DNA from: an uncultured Planctomycetota bacterium
GTDB taxonomy: Bacteria > Planctomycetota > Planctomycetia > Gemmatales > Gemmataceae
Length of the DNA: 64,000 nt
Assembly (NCBI GenBank): GCA_963849325.1
Contig: CAWKHF010000006.1
Span: 128,001 to 192,000, forward strand
Reading direction: 5' to 3'
Shown here: in pieces, positions 53,344 to 63,654 of the stretch
Layout: every line of letters starts with the position of its first letter
How positions within the stretch are numbered: position 1 is the stretch's first letter
Program-made: the position numbers and the translations under genes
Notes under the pieces: generated by a model
The model's input: only the letters and a program-made list of their open reading frames with translations
Database searches by the model: none
What the model was told of the DNA's origin: nothing

Positions 53344-55253
53344 GGAGAGGACAATCAACGTCGGACGGCGGCGCGGCCGCGACAGCGCCAGCGCCTCGCG
53401 GAAATCGATCTGGCGGCAGGACACCCCCGACTCCAGATAGCGGCGCATCAGCGCCATGGTGTCATCGACCAGATCGACCTGGATCAGCAGCAGCTCGCCC
53501 GGCCGAGCGATGGCCAGGGCGTGCTCCAGCGCCGCGATGGCGCCTTGCACTTCCTCGACGTGCTTGACGCGGCGACGGCCGGACAGCCCCTGGCGGAAGA
53601 GGGCGTTGATGGCGCCGGGCGGCCGGCCGCGGATGCAGTTCTCCTCCTCGTAGAGGATAACGCGGTCGAAGGCGTCGCCCAGCAGTTCGCCCTGCCGAAC
53701 CAGGTCGAACGTCGCGGCGGTCGCCGGCGGCGGAGTACACCGCCGAGCGAAACTTGTGCGGCATCGGCTCGAACGTCTCGATCAACGAGGCCAGCGACGA
53801 CGTGTTGTGGCCATAGTCCATGACCACGGTGGCGCCGTTGAACTCGAAGAGGTTGAAGCGAGCCGGCGTGTGCTCGAAGTCGGCGACGAACGACTCCAGG
53901 CCGGCGAGGATGACCTCGCAGGGCACGCCCAGCACCCAGGCGGCGGCGGCGGCGGCCAGGGCGTTCTCGACCTGGAAACCGACGTGTCCGCCGTGCGTCA
54001 TCGGCACGTTCTCCAGGCTGACCAGCGGGATCTCCTGCGCTCCTTCGGCGAGAATGACGCGGCGATCGCGGACGAAGGCGGCCCGGCCGCCGCGGCCGCG
54101 GTGCTCGGCCAGGACCGGATGATGACCGTCGCGCGCGAAGAAGACGACGGCGCCGGGACAGTGCGGCGCCATCTCCGCCACCAGCGGATCGTCGGCCTTC
54201 AAAATGGCGTGGCCGTCCGCGGCGACGACATCGACGATGGTGCGTTTGACGCGGGCCAGCTGTTCGACGGTGTCGATGTCGGCGATGCCGAGGTGATCGC
54301 CCTCGGCGATGTTGGTGACAATGGCAACGTCGCAGCGCATCGAAACCCAGGCCGGCGCGGAGGATGCCGCCGCGGGCCGTCTCCAGCACCGCCGCCTCGA
54401 CGCGCGGATCGCCGAGGATGACGCGGGCGCTGAGTGGGCCGCTGCAATCGCCGGCCTCGATGCGTTGGCCGTCGATGTAGATGCCCTCGGTGCAGGTCAT
54501 GCCGACGCAGCGCTGCGTCCGCGCCAGGATGTGCGCCAGCAAGCGCGTCGTCGTCGTCTTGCCGTTGACGCCGGTGATGGCGGCGATGGGGATGCGTCCG
54601 CTCTGTCCGCCGGGAAAGAGCTGATGGAGAAGATGGTCGGCGGGAGGCAGGTTGTCCGCCAGCGAGACGCGCTGCTGGCGGATGCCGTGGCCCAGGAGGA
54701 ACACGCCCGGCTCGTCGAGGCGGCACAGCGCAATGCGCCGCTGCCGCGCCGCTTGCACCAGGGCCGACTCGGCGGGGTGCGGCCGCAGACACTGGGCCAG
54801 CTCGCGCAGCCGGGACAGTGCGTTCGCCACGTCGAAAGGCCGATCGTACACGGCGGCCAGGCACAGGTCGCGGCCGGTCTCCAGGGCGGCGCGGCCGAGA
54901 TCCTCGTACTCGAATTCGAGGGCCACCTTGTAAACGCCGTCCTCGGACGTCTCGCGGGTGCGGCCAAAGCCGACCTCGGTGCCGGCCAGCGATTGCAATT
55001 CGAGGGCGACGTGTTCGAGGATGTGCGCCTGCCAGGTGCCGCGTCGCAGCCGCGCGAAGAAGCCGCCGCGCGTGCCAACGCTGCAGCGGTGCTCGATCAG
55101 GGACGGAAGCCAGCTTTGCAGCCGTTCGTTGAAGCCGGGTAGCTCGTCGGAAGGGGAGTCCTTGAGAGGCCCCAGATCGACCCACGCCTCCAGGACGGGA
55201 AAATTCGCCCAGATGTTGGGGCCATTTAATACCCGGACTCTCCGAAATTCCAT
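53329..55253 (-). CDS. Cyanophycin synthetase-like protein: N domain plus Mur-ligase domain, no ATP-grasp (frameshifted)
   Basis: LNGPNIWA, EHRCS...HILEHVALELQ, GFGRTR; RIPIAAITGVNGKTTTTRL, ETARGGILRAGLGFD, DHLG, DYGHN, GDRRD. Confidence 0.85.
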
Positions 55254-55276
55254 GGGTGGTCCTCTATTACGAGAAT

Positions 55277-55328
55277 AGCCCGCAGCGCAAGCGACGGATT
55301 TCTGGACCCGTCGCTGATGCTCCGGGCT
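55277..55328. repeat. Degenerate REP-like palindrome
   Basis: AGCCCGCAGCGCAAGCGACGG ... CCGTCGCTGATGCTCCGGGCT. Confidence 0.6.
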
Positions 55329-55645
55329 GGTGGGACAATCGACTCGGAAATCCATTTCTCTGGCGCGTGATGGAGATGGCAGCAAACGGCATTCCTCTGA
55401 GGACGTACTCGACCTCAGCCGTAAGCCAGCCGTGGCCGTAACGAGGAGGCAGCCGGCGGAGGACGCTCCGCGGCGGCTGACTTTGCACGGCCAGCACCTA
55501 GTATAGAAAGAAGAGGCGTCCGCGGTCAGGGGGGCGTCTGCATTTGTCCGGCGGCGCCGCCACGCCGAACCCGCAAACCCCGAACGCGGCGCCGACTTTC
55601 GGCAAAGTACCCCGTCCGTCGTTAAAATAGGAGAAATGGGCAAAC

Positions 55646-57901
55646 TTGAACGAATCGAACGAAGTGTGGGAGGGGCTGCCGGCTGATCGCCGCAACGAGG
55701 TCTCCCGCCAGCTCGAAGCCGGCGAGACGCTGCTGGCGTGGTTCGAGCCGGACCTGGATCGACGACTGCGCTACGTCCGGGGACTGGTCGTGCTGACCGA
55801 TCGCCGCGTCCTGTCGCGTGAGGCGGGCCAATCTGATACGGACGTACACTGGCAGTCCTGGCCCCTGGCTTCGGGCGTCGCCCTGCGCACGACGGAGCAC
55901 GGCGGCTCGGGCATTCTGGAGTTGATCGACGCCACGGGCCGGTTGGCGCACTGGCGCTTCACGGCGGGGCGCGGCACGGCCGCGCAGCGACTGGCGCAAA
56001 AACGGGCCGCCTGGCGTCTCCGTCTGGAGGGCGGCGACGGGGCGGCGGTGACAGCCGTGTGTCCCAGCTGCGGGGCGGCCATCCGCTCGGAGGATGGCCG
56101 TTGCGAAGCGTGCGCGGCCGGGCCGACGAAAGCCTCGGTGTCCTCTCTGTTTCGCCTGATCGCCTTTGGACGGCCGCGCGTCGGCCTGGCCGTGCTCGGC
56201 TTCCTGCTCACCCTGGCCGGCACCGCCGCCAGCCTGGTGCCTCCCTACCTGACCAAGCCGCTGATGGACAATGTGCTCGTCCCGCATCAGGAGGGACGCG
56301 GAGGCGACTTCGGCCTGGTCAAGTGGTATCTGGCCGGACTGGTGGGCGCGGCGCTGTTGCATTGGCTGCTCGACTGGGCCAAGCTGTACGTGTTGGCCTG
56401 GGTCAGCGAACGCATCAGCGCCGATCTGCGCTCGCGGACGTATGCCCACTTGCAGCGTCTATCGGTGGAGTTCTTCGGCGGCAAGCGCACCGGCGACCTG
56501 ATCTCGCGCATCAGCAACGACACCGAACGCCTGTGCAACTTCCTCTCGATCAACCTGATCGACTTCGGCACCGATATTTTGATGATCGTCATGACGTCGG
56601 CGATCCTGCTCTCGCTCGATCCGCTGCTGACGTTGGCGGCGCTGTGTCCGTTTCCGCTGATCGTGTGGATGGTGGCGCGGGTGCGGGGCCGACTGCTGCG
56701 CGGCTATCGGCAGGCGGGGGCGGCGTGGGGTTCGATGACCAGCGTGCTGGCCGACACCATCCCCGGTATCCGCGTCGTCAAGGCGTTCGCCCAGGAAGGC
56801 CGAGAGATTGAGCGCTTCGACGCCAGCAACGAGCGCGTTTTTCACTCCGCCAATCGTCTGAACAAGGTCTGGTCGCTATTCGGACCAACCGTGTCACTGG
56901 CGACGACGAGCGGCCTGCTGATCCTGTGGGGCTTCGGCATCTGGCGCGTTTACCACGGCCCCGTCACGGTCGGCGTCTTGACGGCGTTCCTGGCCTACAT
57001 CGTGCTGTTCTACGCCCGCATCGAGTCGATGATCCGCATGGCCTCGGCGGTGCAGCGCGCGTCAGCCAGTGCTCAACGGATATTCGAGATCCTCGATAAA
57101 TACAGTAACGTGCCCGAGCCGGTACGGCCGGTCCATCCCGGACGCCTGGCCGGCCGCGTCGAGCTGCGCGGCGTGCGTTTCAAGTACGGCGCACGCGAGG
57201 TGCTGCACGGCCTGGACCTGACGGTCGAACCGGGCGAGATGATTGGCCTGGTCGGTCCCAGCGGCGCCGGCAAAAGCACGCTCATCAATCTCATCTGCCG
57301 ATTCTACGACGTCAGCGCCGGCGCCATCCTCGTGGACGGCACCGACGTGCGCTCGTTCCCGATCGAGGAGTATCGCCGCAACATCGGCATCGTGCTGCAA
57401 GAGCCGTTCTTGTTCTACGGCACCATCGCCGAGAACATCGCTTATGGCCGGCCGGACGCCACGCGCGAGGAAATCGTCGCGGCGGCGCGAGCGGCCCGCG
57501 CTCACGAGTTCATCCTGAAGCTGCCGTGTGGATATGACTCCCTGGTGGGCGAACGCGGACAGTCGCTCTCCGGCGGCGAGCGCCAGCGCATCTCCATCGC
57601 CCGGGCGCTCTTGATCAACCCGCGTCTGCTCATCCTCGACGAGGCAACCTCGTCGGTGGACACCGAGACGGAGCGCGAGATTCAGGCGGCGCTGGAGAAC
57701 CTGATCCGCGGCCGAACGACCATCGCCATCGCTCATCGGCTGAGCACGCTGCGCCGCGCCAACCGTCTCGTCGTCGTCGAGAACGGCCGCATCGCCGAGA
57801 TTGGCCGCCACGATGAGCTGCTCGGCGCGCGCGGCAGTTATGCCCGTCTGCACGAGGCGCAAATGGAACTGGTTCACGGGAGAGGCGCGAATGGAACATA
57901 A
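55646..57901 (+). CDS. ABC exporter (TM plus ATPase) with N-terminal extension, DUF1854/cyanophycin-associated type
   Basis: GPSGAGKST, LSGGERQR, ILDEATS, IAHRLST; TM region; CPSC...CEAC; true start may be ATG 55636 with an indel. Confidence 0.92.
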   Translation: MNESNEVWEGLPADRRNEVSRQLEAGETLLAWFEPDLDRRLRYVRGLVVLTDRRVLSREAGQSDTDVHWQSWPLASGVALRTTEHGGSGILELIDATGRLAHWRFTAGRGTAAQRLAQKRAAWRLRLEGGDGAAVTAVCPSCGAAIRSEDGRCEACAAGPTKASVSSLFRLIAFGRPRVGLAVLGFLLTLAGTAASLVPPYLTKPLMDNVLVPHQEGRGGDFGLVKWYLAGLVGAALLHWLLDWAKLYVLAWVSERISADLRSRTYAHLQRLSVEFFGGKRTGDLISRISNDTERLCNFLSINLIDFGTDILMIVMTSAILLSLDPLLTLAALCPFPLIVWMVARVRGRLLRGYRQAGAAWGSMTSVLADTIPGIRVVKAFAQEGREIERFDASNERVFHSANRLNKVWSLFGPTVSLATTSGLLILWGFGIWRVYHGPVTVGVLTAFLAYIVLFYARIESMIRMASAVQRASASAQRIFEILDKYSNVPEPVRPVHPGRLAGRVELRGVRFKYGAREVLHGLDLTVEPGEMIGLVGPSGAGKSTLINLICRFYDVSAGAILVDGTDVRSFPIEEYRRNIGIVLQEPFLFYGTIAENIAYGRPDATREEIVAAARAARAHEFILKLPCGYDSLVGERGQSLSGGERQRISIARALLINPRLLILDEATSSVDTETEREIQAALENLIRGRTTIAIAHRLSTLRRANRLVVVENGRIAEIGRHDELLGARGSYARLHEAQMELVHGRGANGT

Positions 57902-58391
57902 CGGATCGGTAAATGGTCAATCGGAAGCGCAGCCCTTCGGCCTGAGTCACGACGCCTGGGGTCGGCTCGTCTTGACCGACGCCGACGGCCAGCGGCATAG
58001 CGGCGTCGAGCCGGTTCGCGCCTTTCCGCTGTCGGACCCTCGGCACGGCGTCGCCCTGTGCGACGCCCACGGCCGCGAACTGCTGTGGATCGACGACCTG
58101 GACGCGCTGCCGCCGCCCTTGGCGCGGCGGATCGAGGACGAATTCGCGCAGCGCGAGTTCGTGCCGGTCATCCACCGCATTCGGCACGTGTCGTCGCCGA
58201 TGGAGCCATCCGAGTGGGACGTCGAGACCGACCGCGGCCGTACGCGCTTCGTGCTCAACGATGAGGAGGACGTGCATCCGCTCAACGAGTACCGGGCGCT
58301 GCTCACCGACGCGCACGGCATTCGCTACCTCATCCCCGATACGCGGCAGTTCGATGCCCATAGTCGGCGTTTGCTGGAGCGCTATCTGTAA
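57891..58391 (+). CDS. DUF1854 family protein
   Basis: VEPVRAFPLSDP, REFVPVIHRI, WDVETDRG, DAHGIRYLI; overlaps the ABC stop. Confidence 0.88.
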   Translation: MEHNGSVNGQSEAQPFGLSHDAWGRLVLTDADGQRHSGVEPVRAFPLSDPRHGVALCDAHGRELLWIDDLDALPPPLARRIEDEFAQREFVPVIHRIRHVSSPMEPSEWDVETDRGRTRFVLNDEEDVHPLNEYRALLTDAHGIRYLIPDTRQFDAHSRRLLERYL

Positions 58392-58568
58392 GAGAGCGTC
58401 AAGTCGTCTTTCGGAGCCGCAAGCGTAAGCTTCCGACTCGGAAAATGCCTTGGCCTTTTCTTGAAAGGTCGGCGGCCATCCGCTAGAATCATGTGATTTC
58501 CGAGATGTCCGGTTTGCTTCGCCATCGCCCGGCGGCCGGCTGCCGCCGTCGCAGCCCGGAGGAGATTC

Positions 58569-60227
58569 ATGGCCGCACTGCACGTCCTCAAAGGCCCCAA
58601 CGAGGGGACGATCATCCCCCTGGATGGAGACAAATTCATCCTCGGCCGCAATCCCGACTGCGGCATTGTCATCCCGGCGACGTCCGTCAGCCGCGAGCAC
58701 GCCCAAATCCTCCGCCTCCAGGGCCGCTACTACGTCGAGGACAAGCAGAGCCGCAACGGCACCTACGTCAACAACCAGGCCATCGCGGCCCGCACGCCGC
58801 TCAAACACAACGACCGCATCCGCATTTGCGACTTCCTGGCCGCCTTCGTGGACCAGGACAAATTCACGCCGCAGGAAATCGAAGCGGCCGGCGATTCCGA
58901 CGAACACGACGGCTCCTCCACCGTCGAGGCCATGCTCAGCCAGAGCAGCCATCTGCTGCTGGAGCAGCAGCCGGCCGAGAAGCTCCGCCATCTACTGGAG
59001 ATCAGCGGCAACCTCAGCAAGACGCTCGACCTCGACGCCCTGATGCCCAAGATCGTCGAGAGCCTGTTCCAGCTATTCCGCCAGGCCGACCGTTGCTTCG
59101 TCATCCAGGCCGAGGAGGGCAGCAATCGCCTGCTGCCGCGCGTGGTCAAGACTCGGCGGCCGCACGAGGAGACCAACGCTCGGCCCAGCCGCACCATCGT
59201 CCGCCGTTGCCTGGAGACGGCCCAGGCTTTCCTCAGCGACGACGCCAGCCGCGACGATCGCGTTCAGCTCAGCCAGAGCGTCGTCGATTTCCGCATCCGC
59301 TCGGTCATGTGCGTGCCGTTGTGTACGCCGGAGGGCAAGGCGTTCGGCGTCATTCAGCTGGACACGCAGGACCGCAGCAAGAAGTTCACGCAGGAGGACC
59401 TGAAGCTGTTGTGGGGCGTGGCCAACCAGGCGGCCATCGCCATGGAGAACGCTCGGCTGCACGAGGAAGCGGTGGCCCGCGAGCGCTTCAAGCGCGATCT
59501 GGAGTTGGCCACGCGCGTGCAGCACAGCTTCTTGCCCAGCAGTCTGCCCAAGGTGGCCGGCTACGAGTTCTTCGCCCACTATCAACCGGCCCAGGCGGTG
59601 GGCGGCGATTATTACGGTTTCATCCCGCTGCCGCAGGGACGGTTGGCGGTCGCCATCGGCGACGTGGCCGGCAAGGGCATCTCGGCCGCTCTGCTGATGG
59701 CCAAGCTGTCCTCCGACGCTCGCTTCTGCTTCCTGGCGGAGTCCAATCCCGGCCAGGCTGTCAGCAAGCTCAACGACCTGCTCTATCCATTCACCAGCCC
59801 GATGGACCGCTTCGTCACGCTGACCATCGCCGTGCTCGATCCGGCCCGCCACCTCGCCACGCTGGTCAGCGCCGGCCATCCGTCGCCGCTGCTCATCCGC
59901 AAGGGCAATCCCGCCTTGAACGATGCCGTGCCCAAGGCCACGGCCGGGCTGCCCCTGGGCATGATCGAAGGCTGTGCCTACGACTCGTGCCAGGTGGTCC
60001 TGCAGCCGGGCGACAACCTGATCCTGTTCAGCGACGGCGTGCCCGACGCCCTGGACGTGCGCAACAACCCCTTCTCCATGAAGGGCGTGCAGCGCGTCGT
60101 CCAGGAAGCCGGCGCCATCGCCGCCGACGTGCTCGGCGAACGCTTGGCCAAGGCCGTCCGCCAGCACGCCACCAACCGAGACCCCCACGACGACGTCACC
60201 CTCGTTTGCCTGGGACGAACCAACTGA
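58569..60227 (+). CDS. FHA-GAF-SpoIIE (PP2C) protein phosphatase
   Basis: LGRNPDC...SREHA...SRNGTYVN (FHA); IRSVMCVPL (GAF); VGGDYY, GDVAGKG, SDGV, DDVT. Confidence 0.93.
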   Translation: MAALHVLKGPNEGTIIPLDGDKFILGRNPDCGIVIPATSVSREHAQILRLQGRYYVEDKQSRNGTYVNNQAIAARTPLKHNDRIRICDFLAAFVDQDKFTPQEIEAAGDSDEHDGSSTVEAMLSQSSHLLLEQQPAEKLRHLLEISGNLSKTLDLDALMPKIVESLFQLFRQADRCFVIQAEEGSNRLLPRVVKTRRPHEETNARPSRTIVRRCLETAQAFLSDDASRDDRVQLSQSVVDFRIRSVMCVPLCTPEGKAFGVIQLDTQDRSKKFTQEDLKLLWGVANQAAIAMENARLHEEAVARERFKRDLELATRVQHSFLPSSLPKVAGYEFFAHYQPAQAVGGDYYGFIPLPQGRLAVAIGDVAGKGISAALLMAKLSSDARFCFLAESNPGQAVSKLNDLLYPFTSPMDRFVTLTIAVLDPARHLATLVSAGHPSPLLIRKGNPALNDAVPKATAGLPLGMIEGCAYDSCQVVLQPGDNLILFSDGVPDALDVRNNPFSMKGVQRVVQEAGAIAADVLGERLAKAVRQHATNRDPHDDVTLVCLGRTN

Positions 60228-60247
60228 TCGGCCGGAGAGATTGCGCC

Positions 60248-60571
60248 ATGACGGAACCCATCACGGCCCCCAAACCGCGCACGGTCCAGCGGACGAAACG
60301 GCAGCCGCCCTATCACGTCATCCTGCTCGACGACGACGACCACACCTACGAGTACGTCATCCGCATGTTGCAAGAGTTGTTCGCCCACTCCTACGAGACC
60401 GCCTATCTGATGGCGGTGGAAGTGGACACGACCGGACGAGTGATCGTGCTGACCACGACCAAGGAACACGCCGAGTTCAAGTGCGACCAGATCCACGCTT
60501 TCGGGCCGGACCCGCTCAGCTCGCGCGGCTGCGCCGGCTCCATGTCGGCGGTCATCGAACCCGCAGAGTAA
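60248..60571 (+). CDS. clpS: ATP-dependent Clp protease adaptor
   Basis: PPYHVILLDDDDHTYEYVI; MAVEVDTTGR; KEHAEFK. Confidence 0.9.
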   Translation: MTEPITAPKPRTVQRTKRQPPYHVILLDDDDHTYEYVIRMLQELFAHSYETAYLMAVEVDTTGRVIVLTTTKEHAEFKCDQIHAFGPDPLSSRGCAGSMSAVIEPAE

Positions 60572-60577
60572 TGTAAA

Positions 60578-60633
60578 AGGGAATAGGGAATAGGGAATAG
60601 GGAATAGGGAAGAGGGAAGAGGGAAGAGGGAAG
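60578..60633. repeat. Heptamer array (AGGGAAT)4(AGGGAAG)4
   Basis: Direct reading. Confidence 0.92.
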
Positions 60634-60649
60634 AAGGCGAGGGGCGACC

Positions 60650-61015
60650 GTGAGCGTGCAGTGTTATCGAGAATTGATCGTTTGGCAGAAAGCGCTAAAC
60701 CTGGCGAAGCTCTGCTATCAGGTGACAAAGAAGTTTCCGAAAGACGAACTTTTCGGAATAACCAGTCAAATCCGCCGTGCGGCCGCATCGATACCGGCGA
60801 ACATTGCCGAAGGCAACGGTCGGATGCACATCAAGGAATACCTGAATCACCTGAGCATCGCCAATGGTTCTCTGGCGGAGGTGGAAACACACTTGCTTCT
60901 CAGCCGAGAAGTCGAACTATTGTCCGAATCCGACCTTCAAGAATGTCTGGCATTGGCCAATGAAATCGGTCGGATGTTGACGGCACTGCGAACAGCGCTG
61001 GAGCGCCGCCTCTGA
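60650..61015 (+). CDS. Four-helix-bundle protein (23S rRNA intervening-sequence protein / Avd-like family)
   Basis: YRELIVWQKA, FPKDELFGITSQIRRAAASIPANIAEG, LSIANGSLAEVET. Confidence 0.93.
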   Translation: MSVQCYRELIVWQKALNLAKLCYQVTKKFPKDELFGITSQIRRAAASIPANIAEGNGRMHIKEYLNHLSIANGSLAEVETHLLLSREVELLSESDLQECLALANEIGRMLTALRTALERRL

Positions 61016-61016
61016 A

Positions 61017-61047
61017 CCTATTCCCTATTCCCTATTCCCTATTCCCT
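61017..61047. repeat. Heptamer array (ATTCCCT)4, inverted relative to 60578-60633
   Basis: Direct reading. Confidence 0.92.
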
Positions 61048-63218
61048 TTTTTCCTGGGGGCGATCGACGGCGAGGACGGCGGCGCCGGCGGCGTGGCGGA
61101 CCTCGTCGTCGGGATCGTTGATCATCACGTCGCGCAGAGTGCCGAGCTGTCTCAGGGCCAGCGCGCCGAAGCGCCCAGCGTCTGCGCCGCCTCGACGCGC
61201 ACGCTGGCGGGCAGAGAGCGCTGGCGCAGGATCCAGGCGACGTTGGGCAGGGCTGGCTGCGCATCGGTGCCAATGCCTTGCAGCGTGTGCAGGATGGCGA
61301 TGATGTACTCCTTGTCGCCGCGATTGATGACCCGAGCCAGGTGCGGCACTGCGTCCTTGGCCAAGGGACCATACAGCTCCAGGGCGTAAGCGACCGTGAT
61401 GCGGACGCTGATGTCCTCGCGGTCGTTGAGCAAGCGCGTCAGGGCGCGGACAACCTCGGACGCTTCGTTCCGTTCGCGGGCGCGTTCGGCGAGACGGCCG
61501 AGCGTGCGCGCGGCGGCCCAGCGGACGAACTTGTTGCGGTCGGATAGGGTGCGGATCAGGGCCGGGATCGCCGGCGCCGCCCGATCGCCGAAAGTCTCCA
61601 GCACGTCCAGCGCGGCCAGACGAACCTTGTAATCGGCATCGCTCAGCCCCGCCGTCATGGACTCGACAGTGCCCTGGAGGTTCCCCTCCAGCTGCGCCGG
61701 CGGCGGTGGCGCCTCGACCTTCGTGGCGACAAACGCCACCGGCGACACGACGGCGACCGGACGCGCCGGCTCCGTCGCTTGCAGCTTCACCGGCCGGCCC
61801 AGGGTCGCGGCTGGGGTCTGGTCGGCCAACGCCGGCGCGACCGGACGGGAGGGCAGTCCCAACCGCGCGGCCGCCCACTGCGAGGGCCGGGCGGAGGGAC
61901 GACGAGCGCCGCGCGCCGGGATCAAAGGCACACCGATGTCGGGGCCCTTTTTCGGCTCCGGGGTCGGTTCGGTCGGCAGCGGCCGCGGTGCCGGCAGCGG
62001 CGTCTCCTCCATCAGACGCGCCTTCTGCGACACCAGCACCAGCGTTTCCAAGAGATGACAGGCGGCGACCCGCAGTTCCGCGTCCGAGTCCCGCGCGGCA
62101 CGGTTCAACTCCGGTAGGCTCTTTTGCACCGCCGTCAGGATGGGACGATACGGCGGGAGACCGCTGGCGGGCAGCCTGCGATTGCCGGTCAGGTCGTCCA
62201 GGGTCGTCGCCGTTTTCTGGCAGGCTTCGAGGCTGGCGCGGCGCACCTCTCGATCCGAGTCCGAGCAGGCCGACGACGGCGGCCGGGAAGAGCCGCTCCA
62301 GACCCCGCAACGTCGGCTTGGGGTCGGCCTTGTCCATGCGCTGATAAACGAGATCGACCATGTGGGCCAGCGCCGCGCCGTCGCTCGCCGCGTGACGACG
62401 GCGACGCGCTCGGCATCCAGCAGCGGCCGCAGGATCGGCACCGTCACGAGCGGATCGGTCTCCAGCTCGCTCAGGGCTTGCACGGCGGCCACCTGCACCT
62501 GCGGCTGGGCGTCCCGCGTCGCCTTTTGCAGATCGGCGTCCAGCTCGCGCAGACGCTGACGCAGGAAACGCGAACCCATTCCGCCGCTCTTGCGCAACGG
62601 GTTCGTCGGAGCGACGCCCGGCAACTCGGCGTTGTCCTGGCGCCGAGCATGGGCCAAGATTTCGCTAACCAGGTTGGCGGCGGCGATGCGGTCGGCCGAG
62701 CGCTCGCTCCGCAGATAAAAGCGGATACGTCCCTCCAGACGTTCCAGGAGCGTCAGACGCACACTCCGCTTGATCTCGGCGGCGACCAGTTGCGTGGCCT
62801 CGGCGGCGTTGTCCTTGGCCATCGCCACCAGGTTCTCCACGTCGCGTTGGAAGCGGGCGTCGTCCGGCTGCCGCACCGCCGCCTCGACCTTGTCCAGCGG
62901 CACGGCCGTCCCCTCGGACAACTCGGCCGAACCCCACTCCGGCAGCAGCAGGACCCGCGCCACTTCGCCCAGCGAGGGCAGCTGCCGCGCCGCCTCCCGC
63001 AAATCGCGGCGGCGCTGGACCAGGATCTCGACCGGAATGGGATCGTCACTGCCCAGGGAGCGATCCTGGAGCAGCAGACGCTTAAACTCCTCGACCCCGT
63101 CCATGGGCAAAGGGACGGCGCCGGCTCGGCCGCCGACCAATCCGGTCAGGACGACAAGCAGAGCGAACCCCGGAACGCGGGAGGCCAGACCAGAGGAGAG
63201 CAAGGGGATTGGCTGCAT
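61039..63218 (-). CDS. Secreted HEAT-repeat protein (frameshifted)
   Basis: Signal-like N-terminus; repeated D....VR.AA..L units (DADYKVRLAALDVL, DRNKFVRWAAARTLG, DPDDEVRHAAGAAV). Confidence 0.82.
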
Positions 63219-63654
63219 GGCAGTCGTGCTCCTGACGGGGCCATTGCCCCGGGCGGAAAAGCGGACGCCGGCCGAATGCCTGCGCATTTCTCCCATTGTA
63301 ACAACGAGGGGGCGGATGCGCGGCATTTCTTCCTTGACATCGGTTATCCCCCTCGCCAACCTCTCCCGCTTCGCGTCAACCGCCGTGTCGGGCCGGACGC
63401 CGCCGAGCAATTCTAACGATTGCAACGATCTTGCCACCGGCCGCTCTGTACGACGATCACACAACTTGTTTGAAATCGTGACACCGAACCCGACCGCCCC
63501 GGATCGCGGTCCCGCCGGGCATCGCTGCGCAAATCTGTCCTAAGAAGTCATTTAGGACAAATCCGGTTCATCGGATCGATCGATGGCCGCTTGGCACCCG
63601 ATTCGCTCTTTTTATTCAGCGATTCGACCGGAGGCCGGTGATGGGAAAGAAGGT

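Noticed and set aside
42399-55253. Ddl-like ligases replacing the missing CphA ATP-grasp domain
   Set aside because: They are about 9 kb away, in a different operon and a different ATP-grasp subfamily; no sequence evidence links them.
60578-61047. Diversity-generating retroelement or rRNA intervening sequence
   Set aside because: No reverse transcriptase, no TR/VR pair with adenine-specific mismatches and no rRNA in the window.
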